Shown here in pieces: positions 59,779-64,000 of a stretch of 64,000 nt of DNA. The stretch covers positions 45,716 through 109,715 of the IMG/VR virus record IMGVR_UViG_3300042396_000691, one strand, 5' to 3'. The stretch is from a virus. Lineage: Duplodnaviria > Caudoviricetes. The notes under the pieces were generated by a model that was given only the letters and a program-made list of their open reading frames with translations, searched no databases and had not been told where the DNA came from. The position numbers and the translations under genes are program-made. How positions within the stretch are numbered: the stretch's first letter is position 1; every line of letters starts with the position of its first letter.

Positions 59779-61566
59779 TTATGACTTTACTGCTATTAAA
59801 CACTTATCTGAAATAAACTGAGTCTTGTAGTCTGCAACATCAGAAAAAGCTTCTTTAATTTCTTCTTCTGGATGAACAATTATTAAAACATCTCCACTTC
59901 TTAAAAATGATGCCTGTTTTTCATAAGCAAAGTCTTTTAAATAATCTGGAATATTTTTGTAATTGATTAATAAAGCCCTGCCACCATCTTCTGGAGCTTC
60001 TATGGTTTCATCTAATTCTGCAATAATAAAATTGGCATAACCAAATACATCAAGTTCTTTTTTGAGGGTTTCTTTATCTTGATTTTGGAAGTCGTAGACT
60101 CTTACAATACCAAGACCTTTTTGACAAAGAGCCAATGTCGTTTGAAGAGATATAGCAGAAACATCTAAACACCATTTGTCTTTTGCTGACCAAACAATTT
60201 CTCTAATGTCACAAAAATCTAAACCTCCAGATACATTATCTAAATGATTTAAGTTTGGATTTACCCTATATAAAATTTCTTTTTTCGTTAAAACAAATGG
60301 TGCAACATTATTTCTTTTTGCGACATCTGATAATTTTAAGTTTTGATTTTTATTTAATATAATTCTTGCAAAATCTTTGCTTATGATTAAAGAGGCACTA
60401 TTGTCTATGTCTACATCATCCGCAATTCTATATGAAAAAAAGTCGTTTTTTCTTTTCAAAGAATTTTTTTTAATTTCATTTAAAGATGCTATTTTTAAAG
60501 TCTTTTGCTTAATAGTAATCCATTCATCAATCTTTTCTATTGTTTTTGGATCAATACTTTCACCAGACTTTATAATTAAGCAATAATTCTCATCTCTAGA
60601 AACAAAATCATTTATAGCTGAAATAAAAGATTTGTCTTCTAAGCTTATTTTAGGGTATGACCAATTAAAATTTTTATAAGTTTCACTGTTTTCATCGTCT
60701 AATATATAAGCAACTTTACTTGTTTTATAGTCTTTAGCAGGAGAAATTGACATTGGTGTTCCTAGAGCTTTTGTAAACTCTTTGAGTATTTCACCTATTT
60801 GATTTGTGTTTAAAGACTTCTTAAAAAACTCCAAAACCTCCTGATAGTTCATGCCCAACTCAGACCATCCAATTAAATAATTTATAATCCTGTCTTTAAT
60901 GTCTAATGGATATGGAACACCCTTTGGTCTTGCAAATCTATGAATCCATTTCAACCAAGATAAGCATATAGCCTTTCCACCATTCTGCCTTGTTTTTTCT
61001 TGAATGTATCCTTCTTCACCACCAAAACCACGGAAGTTAGAATTAAATTTTGGCCAAACATCTTTCCTCATGCAAAATAATCCTAGACCCTGCATAGGTA
61101 TTTCAAACTTTTCTTGAGTTAAATGCCTAGAATCTGTTTCCCAAGTTCCATACATTTGTCCACGCCACTCAGGTTTAAAGTGAGTCGATATATTTTTTTG
61201 ATCATCGTAAAGCAATGGTCCTTGAATTAAATCCTTAGTGTCAATGTTTGCGTAAATATATTCTTTTAGTTTTTTAACAGCATCTTTAACCAATAAAACA
61301 TGACAGTCAATACACATTACAAATTTGCCAGTTGCTACTTCAAACACATGGTTTCTTGAAGCAGATGTTCCAACTTTATCTGGCCTGTGAAAATATTTTA
61401 CACCAAGAGCATTGCAAGTATTTGCTGTGTCTTTGCAAGATTCTTTTTTGGTATCAACTACAACTAACTCTACATCTTGTAAATCTTGATATGCTTTTAA
61501 AGCTTCTAAAGTGAAATAAACCCCATCAAAATCATCGTATGTGGCCATGCCAATTGTAAGAATCAT
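59779..61566 (-). CDS. Polypeptide N-acetylgalactosaminyltransferase-like GT-A fused to degenerate C-terminal domains
   Basis: DxH motif (IDCH); IPMQGLGLFCMRK; RGFGGEEG; RQNGG; WIHRFAR...PY. Confidence 0.78.
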   Translation of the reverse strand: MILTIGMATYDDFDGVYFTLEALKAYQDLQDVELVVVDTKKESCKDTANTCNALGVKYFHRPDKVGTSASRNHVFEVATGKFVMCIDCHVLLVKDAVKKLKEYIYANIDTKDLIQGPLLYDDQKNISTHFKPEWRGQMYGTWETDSRHLTQEKFEIPMQGLGLFCMRKDVWPKFNSNFRGFGGEEGYIQEKTRQNGGKAICLSWLKWIHRFARPKGVPYPLDIKDRIINYLIGWSELGMNYQEVLEFFKKSLNTNQIGEILKEFTKALGTPMSISPAKDYKTSKVAYILDDENSETYKNFNWSYPKISLEDKSFISAINDFVSRDENYCLIIKSGESIDPKTIEKIDEWITIKQKTLKIASLNEIKKNSLKRKNDFFSYRIADDVDIDNSASLIISKDFARIILNKNQNLKLSDVAKRNNVAPFVLTKKEILYRVNPNLNHLDNVSGGLDFCDIREIVWSAKDKWCLDVSAISLQTTLALCQKGLGIVRVYDFQNQDKETLKKELDVFGYANFIIAELDETIEAPEDGGRALLINYKNIPDYLKDFAYEKQASFLRSGDVLIIVHPEEEIKEAFSDVADYKTQFISDKCLIAVKS

Positions 61567-61596
61567 ATTTCCTCCTTCTATTCCCTAAAACAAAAA

Positions 61597-61627
61597 GGCT
61601 GCTGTACCTTTATATGATACAACAGCC
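61597..61627 (-). terminator. Intrinsic terminator
   Basis: Minus strand GGCTGTTGTATC loop GGTACAGCAGCC followed by TTTTTGTTTT. Confidence 0.75.
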
Positions 61628-61648
61628 AATATGGATCATCAATACTTT

Positions 61649-62107
61649 TTAAGCTTCTTTTGCAATAAATCGAGCACCACTTGTGGCACATATAATGTTC
61701 ACAGTAGAGGCTGGAATAAAAGCACTATCAAAGATTAAATTGCCACTTGCTGGTATTTTAAAAGAAGAAGTAGTGTTTGCCGGTATTCCAAAATCTACAT
61801 ACATATCGTTGCCTGACTCATTTTGAAAATATAAATAATGCCTGTCATCATTAGGAGAAAATATTTGCTGACTTGTATTAGAAGCAAGTATGGTTGAAGA
61901 ACCATCTGAAAAAACTGCTGGCCTTGAAATATCAACGATAGGAATAGCAAAACTTCTTTCTATCGCTGGATAATCCAATGTGTCTGATTTCGTAGCTCTT
62001 CCTTCGCTAACATAATTGATTGTTTGGCCACTTGGATTTCCTTCAGTGGGATTAATCGTTGAATAACCATTTACTATACCAGCACCAATAATGTGAACAG
62101 TTCCCAT
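61649..62107 (-). CDS. Small beta-sandwich virion protein (hypothetical)
   Basis: RHYLYFQNESGNDMYVDFG-type jelly-roll segment common in phage structural proteins. Confidence 0.5.
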   Translation of the reverse strand: MGTVHIIGAGIVNGYSTINPTEGNPSGQTINYVSEGRATKSDTLDYPAIERSFAIPIVDISRPAVFSDGSSTILASNTSQQIFSPNDDRHYLYFQNESGNDMYVDFGIPANTTSSFKIPASGNLIFDSAFIPASTVNIICATSGARFIAKEA

Positions 62108-62122
62108 GTGAAAAAACCCTCG

Positions 62123-62653
62123 TTATGGAATAAAGTTTCTACCATCTCTACTGTAAGGATAGTATGCTATATCTCTAAAGCCAGCAAAAACTCTGAATGG
62201 AGTCATAATGGCTGCACCAGCAATTGCCCCATTTCTATTTGCTTGATATTCTAGCTTGGTGTCATCATATACTGCACACCAGCCCTTTTCAAGCAATTTA
62301 AGCCTACCATCCATAGTTCCACGAAGATCAATAGAGGAACTACCATCTCTAATAGCAATTCCTTGACCAACAGACTTTCTAGTTTCTCCACGCTCTATTA
62401 AACATGCTGCTTTTATACAAACTAAATTTATAAAATTTTCATCTCTAGTTGAATCTCTATCTACTGGACTTGGTTCAATAGTTAAAGCTTGAATATCAAC
62501 CCTAAATTTATTAGGAAAATTTAATTCATTTGTAACTAATTGAGCAGCTACTGCCAAAACTTGCGTAAGTCTTTTGTCATTATATGTTTGTGGCGATGAA
62601 AGATCGTCAATCAAAACCCTTATCAGTGTTATGAATTCTGCTTGCCAGTACAT
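62123..62653 (-). CDS. Putative head-to-tail adaptor
   Basis: IRVLIDD...YNDKRL...AA helical pattern and IRDGSSSID hairpin; RBS GAGGTG. Confidence 0.5.
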   Translation of the reverse strand: MYWQAEFITLIRVLIDDLSSPQTYNDKRLTQVLAVAAQLVTNELNFPNKFRVDIQALTIEPSPVDRDSTRDENFINLVCIKAACLIERGETRKSVGQGIAIRDGSSSIDLRGTMDGRLKLLEKGWCAVYDDTKLEYQANRNGAIAGAAIMTPFRVFAGFRDIAYYPYSRDGRNFIP

Positions 62654-62684
62654 AATCACCTCGTTATTTAGTAATAATTACAAC

Positions 62685-62696
62685 TAATAATACACC
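62685..62696 (-). promoter_or_regulatory. Candidate late promoter GGTGTATTATTA
   Basis: Intergenic, upstream of the adaptor gene. Confidence 0.5.
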
Positions 62697-62701
62697 GTAT
62701 T

Positions 62702-63346
62702 CTAATCAGTAAATGGTGGAACGATTATAATATTGCCAACTACTAGGGTTATTATGTGACCATTTGACAAAACAGATCTAAATTCATAAGACCATCTACC
62801 AGCACCAATTTGTTGTAGTTCTTCATTGCTCAACTCAACTCTTAATGATGTTGTATTAAGCAATTGTGCTACCTTAGTAAATGTTGGCATTGAATCAATT
62901 ATGAAACTAGTAGAAGAGCCAGTTAAATCTGGCCAATTTACAGAGGTTATATCTATAGATCTAGATTCTGCAACTAAATAATCATCAGTTAATCTTAACT
63001 CTATAGGATCTGCTGGATTAATCGGTATTGGATTTGTCAGTGTAGGAACTCCAGTTCCAGTAGAACTACACCTTGTGCTAACTTTAACATCTATGTTTTC
63101 ATACTCTTCTGGATTAATAGCTAAAGCACCAAGAAATTCAATCCCGCAATAAAATTTGATAGCACCTCTAAAAGATGCTGGTATTGTTGGAGTAAATAAA
63201 AAGTAGCCATTAGTTAAATTTACAAATCCAGTTGTATATGGAGTACTATAACTTGTTCCATTTCCGTTTATTAATTGTGCAGATAAAGTTGTGCAATTTT
63301 CATAATTTTTACCAAAAGATAAGCTTATACCCATTTCAAATGCCAT
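62702..63346 (-). CDS. Virion-associated protein with BppU-like beta domain
   Basis: IELRLTDDY...GAGRWSYE...GNIII; paralogous to the C-terminus of the upstream gene. Confidence 0.55.
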   Translation of the reverse strand: MAFEMGISLSFGKNYENCTTLSAQLINGNGTSYSTPYTTGFVNLTNGYFLFTPTIPASFRGAIKFYCGIEFLGALAINPEEYENIDVKVSTRCSSTGTGVPTLTNPIPINPADPIELRLTDDYLVAESRSIDITSVNWPDLTGSSTSFIIDSMPTFTKVAQLLNTTSLRVELSNEELQQIGAGRWSYEFRSVLSNGHIITLVVGNIIIVPPFTD

Positions 63347-63347
63347 G

Positions 63348-63998
63348 TTAATCTCCAAAAGCAGGAGTTATAATTAAATTCCCAATGGTCAATGTCACAA
63401 TATGCCCACTTAGAAAAACTGCCCTTATTTCGTAAGACCATCTTCCAGCACCAATAGTAGATAATTCAAGATGACCAAGCTCTAATCTAATTGTGGTTGT
63501 ATTTATAGCTAAACAGTTTTTAACAAAGTTTATTTTACCATCTACAAAAAATAAAATTGTTAAATTATTTAATACTGGATAATCATTGGATACAAAATCT
63601 ATAGCTCTTCCATCTATGTCATAGTAATCATCAGTAAGCCTTATTTCTATTTGATCGCCAGCGTTGTACTTTATTGAATTTATATTTGGGGCTAATGTTG
63701 TCGTAGTCGTAGTGGGCGAAACTGTTGTGGTGGTCGTTGTAGGTGCTGAAGTAGTCGTTGGACTAGCGGTAGTTGTAGTCGTTGTAGTAGGTGCTGCTGT
63801 CGTAGTTGTAGTGGTTGGTGCAGCAGTGGTTGTAGTAGTTGTAGTTGTAGTAGTTGTAGTCGTAGTAGTTGTTGTAGTTGGTGCTGAAGTAGTCGTAGTA
63901 GTTGGTGCTGAAGTAGTCGTTGTGGTAGTTGGACTAACGGTTGTGGTCGTAGTCGTTGGTGCTAAAGTAGTCGTAGTGGTCGTAGGTTCTGCTGTCGT
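63348..63998 (-). CDS. Mucin-like Thr/Pro-rich protein, C-terminal part, 5' truncated and missing from the ORF track
   Basis: Open frame from the window edge: TTAEPTTTTTLAPTTT...LAPNINSIKYNAGDQIEIRLTDDY...PAFGD, stop at 63348. Confidence 0.85.
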   Translation of the reverse strand, partial: TTAEPTTTTTTLAPTTTTTTVSPTTTTTTSAPTTTTTSAPTTTTTTTTTTTTTTTTTTAAPTTTTTTAAPTTTTTTTASPTTTSAPTTTTTTVSPTTTTTTLAPNINSIKYNAGDQIEIRLTDDYYDIDGRAIDFVSNDYPVLNNLTILFFVDGKINFVKNCLAINTTTIRLELGHLELSTIGAGRWSYEIRAVFLSGHIVTLTIGNLIITPAFGD

Positions 63999-64000
63999 AG
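63690..64000 (-). repeat. Low-complexity ACN-codon repeat encoding T(n)-x-A/S-P units
   Basis: GTA/GTT/GTC/GTG triplets on the + strand; about 100 codons, mostly Thr, punctuated by AP/SP. Confidence 0.9.

Noticed and set aside
1-64000. Stop-codon reassignment (alternative genetic code), as seen in some large phages
   Set aside because: Coding density is near complete in the standard code; TAA, TAG and TGA all end genes at tight junctions; a 5097-aa ORF is uninterrupted
63690-64000. CRISPR array or non-coding microsatellite
   Set aside because: Triplet-periodic with varied third positions, in frame with a downstream protein domain; no repeat-spacer structure
1-64000. tRNA, rRNA or other structured ncRNA genes
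   Set aside because: Intergenic gaps are mostly under about 110 nt and hold only terminator-like hairpins; no cloverleaf recognised by eye

Overview
AT-rich segment of a large tailed dsDNA bacteriophage (Caudoviricetes, probably siphovirus-like), read in the standard genetic code. It has two convergent gene blocks that meet at about 27.4 kb. The + strand block (1-27.4 kb) is a tightly coupled run of replication and recombination genes: intein-containing RecA, DnaB, DnaG, dNMP kinase, a Cas4/RecB-like nuclease, NUDIX, a DnaE split into two genes around a DnaQ-like exonuclease, and SSB. It continues into a roughly 10 kb glycosyltransferase cluster that includes PhoH and several apparently degenerate enzymes. 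The - strand block (27.5-64 kb) is the virion module: head-tail joining genes, major tail protein, two paralogous tail chaperones, a 5097-aa tape measure protein, paired distal-tail paralogs, a LamG fibre and Cys/Thr-rich tail-tip proteins. Two candidate systems stand out. The first is a polypeptide-GalNAc-transferase-like enzyme among virion genes that encode mucin-like Thr/Pro tracts, suggesting mucin-type O-glycosylation of the virion. The second is a tape measure protein divided by seven copies of one motif, with apparent nuclease, ADP-ribosyltransferase-like and HEXXH protease cargo domains between them. All assignments come from motif recognition by eye; no database searches were run.
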